From Octopus sinensis (Eukaryota), in contig NC_042999.1 of assembly GCF_006345805.1 (NCBI RefSeq), forward strand, positions 51,398,001-51,462,000: a stretch of DNA of 64,000 nt, in the 5' to 3' direction. Below the pieces are notes generated by a model, which worked only from the letters and a program-made list of their open reading frames with translations, searched no databases and was not told the origin of the DNA. The translations under genes were made by a program, and so were the position numbers. This document shows, piece by piece, positions 26,498 to 41,700 of the stretch. Position 1 is the stretch's first letter; each line of letters begins with the position of its first letter.

Positions 26498-26774
26498 AGG
26501 ATCTTGTGAGAAATAGAGGAGACAGAGCAAAAATGTCATCAATATTATTACAATATAAATATGATTGCTTGAATGAAGAATGTGTTGATAACGTATGAAT
26601 GCAATTTATACATTCATGTACCAGCTTTTGAGATATTTCTGTTGCACCAAGTTCCAGATACTACCAGATACTACACAGTGATTAACTTGTTATAAATGTG
26701 GAATCAATGATTATATTATTCCCTAAATTGTGATAGTAAAAACAAAAATAATACAACTTTAAGAGAAGAATGTG

Positions 26775-26780
26775 TTTATT
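26775..26780 (-). terminator. Candidate OLA1 polyadenylation signal AATAAA
   Basis: tttatt on the plus strand ~95 nt past the stop codon. Confidence 0.5.
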
Positions 26781-26872
26781 AATAAATCTTAGATTGTGTT
26801 ATCACAATTTCAGTTAAGGACACCACCATTTCTTTTTAGACTGTTAAAATCATTTTTACTTGACTGACAGTT

Positions 26873-26980
26873 TTATTTCTTTTTTCCAGTCAAACCAGCT
26901 CCAGCATTAAACTTGAAGAATATTATATCACCATCTTCCACAATATAATCTCGTCCCTTTTGTTTGTATTTTCCAGCAGC
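26873..26980 (-). CDS. OLA1: OLA1 terminal coding exon ([35 protein letters not shown])
   Basis: [14 protein letters not shown] motif; TAA stop at 26875-26873. Confidence 0.95.
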   Translation of the reverse strand, partial: AAGKYKQKGRDYIVEDGDIIFFKFNAGAGLTGKKK

Positions 26981-29900
26981 CTTCAAAAAAGAAAAAGACA
27001 GATTAATCAGAACAAAATTGTAATAGTAAAAATATCAGTTAATGTTGAAGCTAACACATTGTAATAATAAAAAAGATTTTATTAGAAGGCCTTAAACAAT
27101 TCAGTTGTACAAAAAAGTGGAAGTAAATGACATTTATGGAGAAAACAATTATTTTAAGAGAACAGAGTAATCCAGGTGTGGTTAGTAATCTATTGTTCAC
27201 CTGAAAATACTATAAGTACAAACTGAAATTTAGATGATGAAACATCTGTTGTATTGATTACAAGTACAGAAGACAGAGGCTTAGCTGTGTAGTTAAGAAG
27301 TTTGTTTCCAAACCATGTGGTTTCAGGTTCAGTCACACTGCATGACACCCGTAGCAATTATCTTCAATAGGGCTGACCAAAGCCTTGTGAGTGCATTTGA
27401 TGGGAAGAAACTGAAAGAAGCTGTCATATATGTATATGTATGTATATTTTATATATATCCTATAAGTTTGTTAAAGGATATATTAGAGGTAATTCTGTAA
27501 ATAACCACACACTACCAGACCCTAAAAAAAAACAATAAATGTAAAAGGGACCAAAATAGAAAAACGGAACCACTACACTAAGAAGGATAGATATCAAACA
27601 GAACCCACAAAACAGCAGGCAAGGGTAGAAAGAAAGGGACCAATAAACATTGATAGAAATAGTAAACAGATACAATGAAATACTGTAACAAACTCAATAG
27701 ATTTATTAAAGGAAATGCTAACATAATAAGTGATGAAATTATTTGGTTTAACCCAATTTTCAATTCACAAATGAAATCCAAAATAGATCAGGAATTATTC
27801 TCAGTGTTAGATAGGCACTTCCCAAAACCTTCCAAATATAACAAAATCAGCAACAGGTATAATGTGAAATTAGCATATGCGACTTCTCACAATCTAGAAT
27901 ATTACATACACTAACTAAATAACACAAAACTCAACAGGATAAAACTAGAGGGGGCTTACAGAAAAACCACAGTTAAAAACAAAATAAAGAACAATGGAAT
28001 GATTGCAAATAGGAATGATAAAAGTTCATCCATAACAAAAATGTTTCCAAAGAGTGTTATACAATTGGCAGTGCAATCCATACCTATGGAACATCGGAAC
28101 ACTGTAGCAGGAGGAAGAACAAATGTGAGCACCAATAATAACTCTACTTAAAGAACTGGAAAAGATACTATAACAGGTAACTGCAGACGGAAAAATGAAT
28201 GCAAGTTTAACAACTGCATGACAAAGAATGTGGTTTACAAATGTGAAGTGAAGACAGGTACACATAAATACATATACGTTGGTGGTACCAGAGACACCAT
28301 GAAATATTGTCTGTGTAACCATCTTACGTCATTTTCCAATGTAAGCAAAAGGCTTTCCACATCATTATCTAACCTCATCCGGAGGCTCAAACGGAATGAA
28401 GTGGAGCATATGACCAACTGGTCTATAATAAAAAATGCTACCCCATGCAACAGAACACAACAGGTGTGAGGCTTCTGCCTAGAGGAAACCCTGGAGATCA
28501 TCACATTCAGAGAAATCATAATTAATGGACATTCCAAAGTAATTATATCATCATCATCATCATCGTTTAATGTCCGTTCTCCATGCTAGCATAGGTTGGA
28601 CGGTTCGACTGGGGATCTGGGAAGCCAGAAGGCTGCACCAGGCTCCAGTCTGATCTGGTAGTGTTTCTACAGATGGATGCCCTTCCTAACGCCCTTCCGA
28701 GAGTGTAGTGGGTGCTTTTTACATGCCATCGACACAGGTGCCAGGCGAGGCTGGCAACGGCCACGATCGGATTGGTGCTTTTTACATGCCACCAGCACAG
28801 AAGCCAGTCAAGGCGGAGCTGGCATCGACCACGTTCGGATGGTGCTTTTTACGTGCCACCGGCACAGGTTTCACAACTGCAGTTTCCATTGATTTTTGAT
28901 GTTGGTGTACTTGACGCAATGGATCTCCTCAGGCACAGGGTCAAAACGGTGTTTCTGTACTTGCCACCTGCACAGGAGTCAGTCTAGCGGCCCTGGCAAC
29001 TGCCGGGTGCCAGTCATAGGATTGGTTCAATTTCAACTTCGCTTGCCTCAACAGGTCTTTGTGTGTCCAAGGAAGGAAAGGCATGCATAAGTGGGCTGGC
29101 TACATCCCTGGCAAGGGACACGGGATGGACTCACTTGTCCTGCAGGGGTTTTCTAAGGCATCATTTCTCGAATTCAAAATGAACATTTTGAAACAGAAAA
29201 ACACTAGCTGTCGTCATTAGCATCTAATGGAACAAAGAGAAGAACATATAAACCAACAAAACAAAATCATTTACCTCTGCTTTATGCTAAATCATTGTAT
29301 AACTAAAAGAAATTAAAAGGACACTTTAGGAGAACATCATTTGTCAACTCTGACAATGAACTTCAGCAACAGAATCGCTGGACTTCCTGACTCAACTACA
29401 TCTGGATTCATTGAGGATGCACCTGTTGTGGCTAAGGTCTAACCAATGAACTATACAACCCATCCTAACATCTGCATACACAAACATCAAAACAAGTCTA
29501 ACATCACCACACACTCATCCCTCTCCTTTATCACTCTTCATCACCTTCTACACCTCCCCACCAATTACACTGAACTGCCCACATACCCCAATCAACCTTT
29601 TCACTGGTGAAAATTGATAAACAATCTTCAGTGACACATTCATTACTTCCAAGGTGTCTACAGCTGGATGCCCTTCCTAACACCAACCACTCCGAGAGTG
29701 TAGTGGGTTCTTTTTACATGCCACCAGCACAGGAGCCAGCCAAGCAGGCCTGGCATCGATCATGTTCGGATAGTGCTTTTTACATGCTACCAGCATGGGG
29801 AGGGGGTGTCAGTCAGGGGGTACTGGCATTGGCCACGCTCAGATGGTGCTTTTTACATGCCACCGACACAGGAGCCAGTCAGTGGGTAGTGGCATCGGCC

Positions 29901-32900
29901 ATGTTCGGATGTTGCTTTTAACGTGCCACCAGCATGGGAGCCAGTCAGGGGGCACTGGCCACAGCTATGATATTGGTCTTCTCAAGCACATCATATTGCC
30001 TGACACATCAGGGGTACTCTTAACTGGGCTGGACATGCATGGCTACAATCTCACTTTAGTTTCCATGTCTTCTCAATCACAGCATATCTCCAAAGGTCTG
30101 TCTCCTGTCGTTGTCTCTGTGAAGCCCAATGTTTGAAGGTCATGCATCACCACCTAATCCCATGTCTTCCTGGGTCTACCTCTACCACAGGTTCCTTCCA
30201 CCGTTAGGGAGTGGCACTTCATCATACAGCTGTCCTCATCCATACATAGCACAAGACCATGCCAGCACAGTCGTCTCTCTTGCACACCACATTTGATGCT
30301 TCTTATGCCCAACTTTTCTCTCGGGGCACTTACACTCTGTCGTGTATGCACACTGACATTACTCATCCAGTGGATCATACTAGCTTCATTTCTTTCAAGC
30401 CTATGCATGTCCTCAGTAGTCATGGCCCATGTCACTGCCATACAATATGACAGTTTGCACACATGCATCAAACAGTCTTCTTTCATCCTGAGTGAGAAGC
30501 CCTTAGTTGCTAGTGGAGGTAGAAGCTCCTGAACTTTGCCTAGGCTATTCTTATTCTAGCCGCTACACTCTCAGAGCAACCACACTCACTACAGACTTGG
30601 TCACCTAGGTAGTGGAAGCTATCAACTACTTCTAGTTTTTTTCCCTGGAATGTGATGGAATCTGTTTTCTATACATCTTCAGTGTTTATTGCCCATGTGC
30701 ATCTGCCACGCACAAAAACTATCTTCTCAGTTAACCTTCCTTTGATATTGCTGCACCTTTTATGTGTCCACAGCTTACCTGGGTACATCGTATGAGTTTC
30801 TACCCATGCCTTTTCTACAGATCAAGCAGGGACATCTACCTGAAGGGGTTTGTGATTTGTCAGCCTTCCTACTTACTAAGACTTTGGTTTTTGCTAGGTT
30901 AACCCTAAGGCCCTTCAATTCTAAACCTTACTTCGACACCCTAAACTTCATCTCTAGTTCTGGCAGTGACTCTCATTGCAAAATGCTTATGCGATAAATT
31001 TGCTGATTAAAATGAACATGTATATTAATTTAGTATTAATATTTGATGATGATGATGATGATGATGATGATAATAGTTAAATACTATAATTTTTCTTCTA
31101 TGCCCATCTAGCTATGCAGTACACAAACTTAGTTTGCACAAGGTCTGAGCCCAGCATTCATTTTTGCACACACCCTCCCCCACCACCAATATTTTAATTC
31201 GTATATTGACTTTTTTCACCTGGCAACTCATAAACTCCTCCTGTGCTGTGTGGATGAGAACCTCAGAAATATTTAGACATAATATTTAAACTGTCCTATG
31301 TAACCACCCAATTGCTCTCCTCCGAGTTAACCTACTCTTATAGCCTTATATGTTGGGTGTATAACAAGCAAAGCATCCCAGCATTAGCTGGGTGTTTTAA
31401 TACAATAGTTATGCGTACATTTTCATAAATGTTTGTCTGAGTAGAATTCTACGCATGTGTGAAACATCGGACAAAAGTGACACATTAGAAGCAAATAAAA
31501 TGTCCGAAAATGAACTCAAAATTGTGCAACCCAACCTAGTAGCCGAGGTTATTTTAGTTGTAGAAAAGAGTTGTTGGGTTAAAAGCCTAGTTTATTTGGT
31601 AGATAGATAATAAGCAGCTTTCTTTATTATAATACACATGTGACTAATTCGGAGAAACATTTCTTTCATTATTAACACATCAACACTCTTGTAATGCAAC
31701 ACTTTGTAATTTTGGTTCAAATTGAAAATGTGAAACTATTTTCATTTGGTAATGAAACCTGGTCGTTGTAGAGAATGGTATTTGAAATAACTATAGATGG
31801 TTACTGAGATAATGTAGAAAATATGTAAATGAAAATAAAGTTTATTTGACATGTGTAATTGATTTGATTGTTCTGGAAGGCAAGTGAGCCGGCAGAACCG
31901 TTAGCATGCTGGGCAAAATGCTTGAGTGGTATTTTGACTGTTCAAATGCCACAAGGATCAACTTTGCCTTTCATCCTTTCGGGGTCGATAAATTAAGTAC
32001 CAGTGAGACATTGGTGGGTCAATGTAATCGATTGCCCCCCCCCCCCACCACCACCACCACCACCAGAAATTTCAGGCCTTGGGCCTATAGTAGAAAGGAT
32101 TTGATTGTTCTGGTCTTAACATCAGTTGATAAGAACAGAAGTCATTTGATGACAGCCTTTTGTTTGTAATTGGTTTTCCTGTTGCAGGGTCAATCCAAGG
32201 AATATTGAAATAATATCCATCTTGTCCATTCCACAGAATAAGAGTATACTGGAGAGCATCATAAGAGGGATGAGTTTGTGAAACACATTTGAGGTCGTTA
32301 TCCCAAACACGAATGAGAATATGATCTTCATGGGGATCACCAACCATAAGGATTGGCTATTTCATTAAATGTGAGTTCATTAAAACAGCGTAAAATATTC
32401 TTTAATATAGTTTACTATAGACATAACAAATGAAGAAAAACGCACACAGAATTGATAATTACGAAAACAGCAAAACGTACACACACGAAGTTCAAGCGAA
32501 ATGAAATGTAGTCAATATAGGTGCAAAACATACTTTCTGTAGCATAGTAGTGCTATAAGAAAATGGCAAGTCACCAATTTAGCAAAAGTTAGTGTGCGTC
32601 ACCAATATAAGAGAGAGCAGAAAGTCAACATTTATTTGGAACATGTACTAAATGTTATAAAATTCATGGTTGAATGAATGTCACAGTGAAGAAAGTGAAA
32701 GTCCAAGAAGATTCAAAAGGCATAGTTCAATTTTTCATACAAAATTAATTTATTTTACAATTTTGAAACGAATGCTGAACCAAGTGTATAAAAAAAAAAA
32801 GATGCTGTTTTTGAACTGTGTAGCATTATAGGCTGTAGAATAAATACTGAATAACGCAGGGATCACAACTACAATTTCCATTGATTTTTGATGTTGATGT

Positions 32901-35732
32901 ACTTGACTCAATAGGTCTCCTCAAGCACAGGGTCGAAACAGTGTTTCTTTACTTGCCACCTGCACAGGAGTCAGTCCAGCGGCACTGGCAACTGCCGGGT
33001 GCCAGTCATAGGATTGGTTCAATTTCGATTCCGAGTTCACTTGCCCCAACAGGTCTTCGCAAGCAGAGTTTAGTGTCCAATGAAGGGAGGTTGGCATGGG
33101 TGCCAGTCGTCGGATGAGGTTCGATTTCGAATTCAATTTCGACTTCACTTGCCTCTAAAACCTTATTGTATCTTCACCCCTTCTCCAAATAAAACCTACT
33201 GGTGTATCCCACTATTATTTTTTATCTTTTTACTATTTATCCGTCCTATCCCCCCCGCCCCCGTACAAAGGATTAATCCACCAAATACTTTTTAAGTTTA
33301 GTCAATTAGTTAACATCCCAAAGAGATACACTCTTACTGCTATCAACACAACTTGGAAGTTGGAGTAGAAACTAGAATAATGAGGGATGGTTTCTGCCTA
33401 AGATGAATACTTTTACAGTAATATTATAGCTGGAGGCTAGATTTGAACTACTGTCAGTGGCTTCACACACACACACACACACACACACTCACATAAAACT
33501 GGCAGTGTGGTTAGTGTCAGATAGAATACCTTGAGGTAGTCATTTCAGCTCTTTGCTCTCTGTGTTCAAATTCTGTTGAAGTCAACTTTGACATTTATCC
33601 TTTCAAGGTTAATAAATGTGAAGTGCTGGGGCTTTTTTTTGTTCTTTGTCTCATGTAATCAGTGACATTAAAAGAAATCAAGAAAGGAGGTGTCCATATT
33701 GTGCTCCCCCCACCTCAATTTGTTTCATCACCAATTTGTGAACTTACTAACAAAACAAAAATCAAACAAAAAAAAAAAAACAGACCCTCCAATGCATACA
33801 CACACACACACAGAGGCTTACCTTAACAGCAACTTCTGATTCATGTTCTCGGAAATCTGTATAAGACATTATTTCAGCCATGATAAAACCTTTCTCAAAG
33901 TCAGTATGGATTTTTCCAGCAGCTTGAGGTGCTTTGGTATTTTTCTACAAAACACATTACAATATAAAATAAAATTCCTCAGAGAAGACACAAAATCTTA
34001 AGTTGCATTAAGGGCTGGTTTTAGTAAATCTATAGACAAAGTTAGAAAATGGTTTACTCAAAATTTTATTATTCCAATTCTTATTTTGTAAAAGACTGGG
34101 TCTTCAGATTCACTAAATCACAGTTCTGACAAGTAAATTTTCCATTGTTCTTTCCAAACTTCAAATTGCAGTTGGCGCTGGAGTAAAAACAGAAATGTCT
34201 CTACCACAAATACAAAGCTATCTTGAGAAGCAAGCACCAACTGTCTCAAGCAGTGTAATTTTGCTATAATCGATGTATCTAGGATATATTATTGATGGAT
34301 TGTAAATTGTCTACAAAGTCCCATAAAACCTACAACTGTGTTTTGTTTGTACTGATTGTAAGGAATTCATAGACCAGCTTTAAAAAATACACCCAACAAC
34401 TGCACAGTGACCCCACCCTGCTAACAAATCTGAATGTTGCTCTAACTGCAGGTTGACCAATGCTTTGTGGGAAACTGTAAGAAATCCCTGCACATACACA
34501 TAGTTATCATGGTCATTTGTTGAAGTCCATTTTCCAGTCTATGTAATACATTCAACTGAGATGTAAACAATGACCACAACTGCGTCGACTTACCTGTATA
34601 GTCCAGGCTTTGACTTCATCTTTACCACTGGTGAAGAAGTAGATTAGCTGTAATATCTTGTATCCTTGAACAATAATCTTTTCAAGTGCACTGTGGGGGG
34701 GAGGGAAAATTAGATAAATTAACACAACAATAATAACAACAACAGCAGCAGATTCAACTAGCACCCCACCCTACCTCACCAGCAGCAGCAGCAGGAGGCA
34801 CAATGGCCCAGTGGTTAGGGCAGCGGACTCGCGGTTGGAGGATCGCGGTTTCGATTCCAAGACCAGGTGTTGTGTGTGTTTATTGAGCGAAAACAATAAT
34901 TCACTCATAACTGCACTGAAGTAGCTCAGGTATAAAACATAACCGTTAATACTGCCCACTCTCACAAACTGGTTGGTTCTTACTCTGCGCTGCCATTCCG
35001 GCAAGACACATTATCCAAATTGTGAAGAATACTTGCATGTACCACATAACCCTCAGGCTGGCTCTGTTGTCCACCAAACTGTGAATAATCCTCCTGGTCC
35101 TTTACCAAAAGGATGTTCACCAGTTTTACATCAGCCTCTTTTCTTCCATTTCTCAACTATGAGGTCTCTTATGTAAGCTGTGCTCGTACGACATACAAAT
35201 TCTCCCTATTGCAGACACATGGTAAATTTCCCCAAAGACTATCTTTTTCCATTCCACAATCCTTACCACTTTCTTTACACAAATGCTAAAGTATCTACAA
35301 ATGCCTCAAACCAATAACACCAGTGTCCCAAACTATGTCCCTTTCATTAGCCTCAAACAATTTAGCCCACAGTTAACCCCAATACTCACCAAACCCTTCA
35401 ATTTCTTTCAAGGATATATCCTGATCTTTAGAAACATGTTCAAGCACCCACCCACCCAGTCGTCGTCCTATAGAGCAATCACTTCCTGACCGAGAACAAT
35501 AACCTTCTCTGTCACCTTCAGTCATTCTCCATCCTTAATGACAACCCACCTGTACAGCTTTCATAAAGCTGCATCAACTGGAGACCAACCCTTCTGGGTC
35601 CCCCACAACTGAACTTCTTTCGTTAACTGTCTCACGTGCAGATCTCCTGTCAAAACTATCCACCTGTATCTTTGATCTGTGACTCGTCTCATGGTTTCCT
35701 GTCAGATCACACCACTGCAAAATGTGTGTGTA

Positions 35733-35767
<35 letters not shown>

Positions 35768-38700
35768 AAGTGTGTGTGTGTTTGTGTGTGTGCACGTGTA
35801 CATGCACGCATGTATTAATGGTGCTCTCTCTAGTCCATACTATTAACTCTGCTAGAGTTTTAGGTTTAGTCTTCCAAACTCTTCCTCCAATACATTAACA
35901 ATTTTCATCATTACCAACATTGCCCAATCTTCTAGTGAACATATATCCTTAAGATAACAAACATCATGTCACAAACATTAGTCTCAACCTAACCTGACCC
36001 CCTAACAATTATCAATTCTTTAGAAATCGCAAACAAACCCCACGTTGTGGGGTTTCACTGGATCCACATTTGGGATGATGCTAATGTGTAAGGCTGCTGT
36101 TTGGGATAGAGTTTTAGTTATGAATGTTAGGTGAACACCAGAGATTATCAGAAGCAATTGTAACAACCATGAGAATTTTAATGTAGGTTGTGACTGATTA
36201 AAACAGAGGATTGTTTACATGGTTCTGGGTTAGTGTAGATGTGTCCATTTAAAGAACTTTATAATACAATGGATTCAGTGTTTGTTTGGCTGGAGGTGTT
36301 TAGCTTGCATGCAGATGACAGCTATGTTCATCATCATCATCATCATCGTTTAACGTCCGCTTTCCATGCTAGCATGGGTTGGACGATTTGACTGTGGGCT
36401 GGCAAACCAGATGGCTGCACCAGGTACCAGTCTTGATCTGGCAGAGTTTCTACAGCTGGATGCCCTTCCTAACGCCAACCACTCCGAGAGTGTAGTGGGT
36501 GGTTTTTACATGCCACCGGCATGGGGGCCAGTCAGGCAGTACTGGCAACGACCTCGCTCGAATTTTTTTTTTTGTTGTTGTAGAAACTTAAAGAGGAAAC
36601 AATAGCAGCAGCATCTGTACTGATGTAAATAGGAGAGACATTACTGAAGGTTGACGAATGGCTGTGTGATGATAAAAAGTTTGCTTTCAAACCACATGAT
36701 TCTGGGTTCAGTCCCACAGCGTGGCACCTTGGGCAAGTGTCTTCTACTATAGCTGACCAAAGCCTTGTGAGTGGATTTGGTAGACAGAAACTGAAAGAAA
36801 CCCATCATATTTATAGATAGATATATGTGTGTCTTTTGTGTTTGTGTTTGTCCCCCTGCCACTGCTTGACAACTGGTGTTGGTGTGTTTATGTCCCTAAC
36901 TTAGCAGTTCATCAAAAGGGACCAATGGAATAAATACTGGGCTTAAAAAAAAAGGTACTGGGATCAATTCGTTCGATTAAAAATTCAAGGTGGTGCCCCA
37001 GAATGGCCACAGCCTAATGACTGAAACAATTAAAAGATAAAAGATATATCAGACAAGATAGAAGGTGTATCTGTGTGTGTGTGTGAGAGAGAGAGATCCA
37101 ATATACTGGTATATCGCTAAAGAGTAAAAGTCTAGTGCACGCCCCTACCTGTCTAGTACCAGCAATATACCATGGTATACTCTACCATATTTGATATCAG
37201 TAATATACTAGTGTACATTTTAGTCTGTCAGATACCAGTAATACACTAGTGTAAAACCCATCGTGTTAGAAACCCTCAATATTCTGCTGTATACTGCAGC
37301 TGCCTATCTTTCATGTAATGGCAAATCTGTAACGAATTCCATTCGGACAAATGTCCAGAAGCTACTGACCTGGTGGTTCCAGCTTCTTTAAGATATTTCT
37401 CTTTTTCTTCATCATCCATATCAAGTAATTTCATCTCTAAAGCACAGCTGAATGGTATGAGTAGGGCGCCAGTGTCATGGCTATCAATCCAGGCTTTCAG
37501 CTTGGGGAGCCTTTCAATGAAACAAAAAACAATAATTATCAAAAACACACGAGTCCCACCCATCCCAAACAAAACAGCAGCAAACGAAGAATTTCTTACA
37601 ATTATAAAGACTGGTTATGTTTTACAATTTTCAAAAGGCCTACAACATCCAAACAAAATGGTTAATTTTATGTGAAAAAAAAGAACAAACATTCATTAAT
37701 AAAAACAACTTTTCCAATACCAGCCTGCCCATGACTGCCTCTTGTTCTATGATAAAAACTTTTAGTTTATAACCTTAATAATATAATAATGAAATTATTG
37801 TATACAGTGCTCAGGTGCACCACAACTTGTCCAAAGTGTGTATAAAGCATATGCAGTAATGTACAAATGTCAGGAAAGCGAACAGTGTATGAGTCAGATA
37901 CATGCTTGCGTGTGTATGGAGGGGAGAAAATCAGGTGTAGTGTTGGCGAATCTCAGAAAGCATGGAAGTTTTGAAGGATGCAGTGCTCCGACAACTAACA
38001 ACTGATGCCAGCAGTTTGTTCCATGCTTCAGCAACTCTCAGGCGTGAAAAAATGTTTCCGAAAGTCATGGGAGCTGTGCTGTTTTCTGACTTTGTAAACA
38101 CGTCCATGTGTGTTAGACAGGTGGAGTTTGAAAAGGTGCTCAGAGTTATTGTTTGTAAGATGGTTAATAATTTTATGGGTGTCTGCCAAGTCAGCTGCCA
38201 GACGTCGGAGTTTCAATGTGTCCATGCCCATGTTATGTTCCCATTATGGTACATTTTAAAGTGAGACATGAATCGGTGAAGAAATATCGGAGGTAATAAA
38301 ACACCACGACGAAAGAAAGAGGAAAACAATCCTAAACCTTAATAGTAAATTCTTTGTATTTTATATTTTTAAGTTCTAACTGGTTTAAATGTATCTATCT
38401 CTTGCAGAAATTACATTTGTCCATTTTGCATAAAGCTAGTGGATCAAAAATATTCGGATTCAGTTTAATAGCTAACCTCTCCAGATTCTACTTCTAAACA
38501 CTTGAGTCACTCAGGGGTTAATGTGAGAAAGGGTTCTATAGCCATATCATATTTCTCCCTACTACCTGATTTCATTTGTACTTGACACAAATGTCCCCTA
38601 CCTAAAATATAATACTGTCAAAACCATTACAATTTAGTTTGCATCAAACTCTACTAGTGACAACATCTTTAATAAACTTGACTTGACTTGAGACAGCATT

Positions 38701-41700
38701 CACCCGGGGTGAGTTGAGCTGGCTTCATTCATCCTCAATGCTGCATCTCTCACAAACGCCGACCAGGCCTGGCAATTTGAGGCTAATGACTGCGTGATCT
38801 CCAACCACTCCTTATTCCAGCAGCAAATGCCATAGATATGGAGGCCTAAGTTGGGTTCCAGATCAGCCTTGACTGTCATCAGCCAGGTTTTTCGTTGTCT
38901 ACCACATCGCTTTCGCCAACCCTGAAGGGGAGCTGGGGCAATTGCTTCGTAGATGAATTCTCCTGGTCGACGACAGAGGGCATGACCCAGCCAACGCAGA
39001 TGTCTCGTTAGGATGACTTGTCGGAGGGAGGTGATTCTGCACTGGTGTCGCACCGAATTGTCTCCATCTTTAATAAAGCTACATGGATAAATTTTTAACC
39101 AGGATGAAATCTGGATGCAGCCAGACCAACAGGATGTAAATGGACACCACATAACAAGATATAATCCATGCAGCAGAAACATATGTTGGACAGAGGATTA
39201 AAGAGAAAATTCTGTATAAAAGACTGTAATAATAAAAAAAAAAACTGTGCAGATGTATAATTCTCCAACTTTATTTTAATGTTGTGAATATACACTTCAT
39301 AAACTGCTTATAATTCAATGAAGTGAACTCAGGATTTACCCACTGAGTGAAATTCTGTCTGAATGTGTACCTTAAATAATCTCAGAGTGGTTGGCGTTAG
39401 GAAGGGCATCCAGCTGTAGAAACTCTACCAAATCAAGATTGGAGCCTGGTGCAGCCATCTGGTTCGCCAGCCCTCAGTCAAAATCGTCCAACCCATGCTA
39501 GCATGGAAAGCGGACATTAAACGATGATGAGGATGATGATGACAGTTATTGCATATCATTCAATGTGGTTAGCCATATTTTGGATTATACTAGAGTGCTT
39601 AAACAGTACCTGTTTAATTTGTGTTGCTACAAAAACATAATACTGGGCAAGGGGCAATAATTATGTTTCCCTCTATTAGACTGACAAGAACCTTTACGAT
39701 AAGCCATCTAACAGTAAAAAAAAAAGATCCAGCAATGTGTTGAAGTTAAAATTTGCAAAAACAATCTCATAATCATGATAACATGAAAATTAGAAAATAA
39801 ATAAACAAACAAATAAACTTACCACTTGTTTTTCTTGCGGGTATAATCCTTTTCAGATAGGTTGACCAGATATATGACTGGTTTAGCTGTCAGCAAAAGA
39901 TGCTTGTTTAAAACTTCAAGCTGTCGAGAAAACAAACAATTTTTAATTATTATACCATAAGAAACTATTCTATGAATAGCGTACGGTGGTGCCCCAACAC
40001 ACTGGCCCAATCTTTTAAAAATATAAAAAGGGGAAGATTATGACTCACTTCTTTTATATCCCATAAAACCTTCCTTGGCAACTGGTTATTTTCTAAATGC
40101 TCAAGAATTTTTACTAGAGTTTCCTGGTAAAAAAATAAAATAAAATAAAATAAATGATAAGCTAAATAGAAAAACGTCATTTTCTTTCCTCTCAAAAGAA
40201 ATTTTGGTCATACTAAAAGCTAAAATCAATTTTGATACTAAAACACCTCAAGAAACAAACCTACATATTCTGGCTTCTTTTTCTTATCTGATCCTCTCAG
40301 CACAGACCGTTCTAAGCTCTCAATTTGCTTCTTCAAATAATCCAAGTCTTTAAAGCGCAGTTCGTCATGAATGATGTCAAGATCACGAACAGGATCAACA
40401 TCTCCTTCAACATGAACGATACTTTCTTCATCAAAGACTCCTACAAAGACAGAAATATTTCATTAATGAAAAACATTTCATAGTTCGAAAGTCTTTAGTA
40501 AAGCAATACATTTTACTTGTTTCAATCATGGAAACTGAAAACAGAGTGCTACAATCACTTCTTACTTCATGGTTAGGTGGTTAGGGCCAACAGGATTTTT
40601 ATATAACATGAGTTTCTATAGTAGAAAGTCAATGAGAAACAAAGATTCCTCTGGATAAAGTGTTAAGTAACTGCAACTAACGCTTACTATAAAATTTGGA
40701 ATTTAGCGACAAAGTATCAAAGTTGAGTTGTCTCTTACTTAAAAACAGCAACAGCAGCAACAACAACTACTACTGTTACTGTTGCTGCTCTGATAAAGTC
40801 AAAGATCAAAAAAACTCAGTCAGACAGCAAATGTAGAATCTGCAGAAAAGGAGATGAAAGTATAAATCAACATTTCAGTGAGTGCAGTATACTAGCACAA
40901 AAGGAGTATAAGTGCAGTCACGACTGTGTAAGCAAAAGAGTGTATTGGGATGTTGGCTGAGAGTGTGGATTCAAAATAACAGAAAAGTGGTATGAACATA
41001 GAACCACAGGCTGAGATAGAAAATGAGAATTACAGGATCTTGTGGGAGCCAAGGTGACTGTGGAACATCAAGCATTCCAGTAATAATTGGTGTGCTTGGC
41101 ACAACACCCAAAATGTCACCTAAAAAACTGAAAGAAATCAGAAGTGAAACTTGCATTGTTGACATGCGGAAAAGTATCATCCTATATTCTGTAAGAATCT
41201 TAAGAAAGATTCTTCAGATTTGAGAAGACTGGTTGTCACCAAGCCTCATGATAAAATATCTGCTAACTAAATTAGCATGTACTAGCATAATCATCATCAT
41301 CATCGTTTAACGTCCGTTTTCCATGCTGGCATGGGTTGGATGGTTTGACTGGGGACTGGCAAGCCAGGAAGCTGCACCAGGCTCCAATCTGATCTGGCAA
41401 GGTTTCTATAGCTGGATGCCCTTCTTAATGCCAAGCACTCCAAGAGTGTAGTGGATGCTTTTTACGTGCCACTGGCATGGGAGCCAGTTAGGTGGCATTG
41501 GCATCGGACACATTCGGATGGTGTTTTTTTACATGCCACTGGCACAGGGAGCCTGTCAGGCAGCACTGGCATCAACCCATGCATGAATGGTGCTTATTGC
41601 GTGTCACCAGTATGGGAGCCAGTCAAGTGGCACTGGCATCACCCACAACTACAATTTTCATTTTGATTTCAATTTGATTGAAATTGTGATTTTTATTTTG

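Noticed and set aside
28710-28870. CRISPR-like pattern of a palindromic repeat with variable spacers
   Set aside because: The spacers are homologous to each other, the array is part of a dispersed RTE 3' UTR in a eukaryote, and there are no cas genes.
34794-34865. tRNA gene
   Set aside because: A and B boxes are present, but there is no good acceptor stem and the sequence runs into a SINE body.
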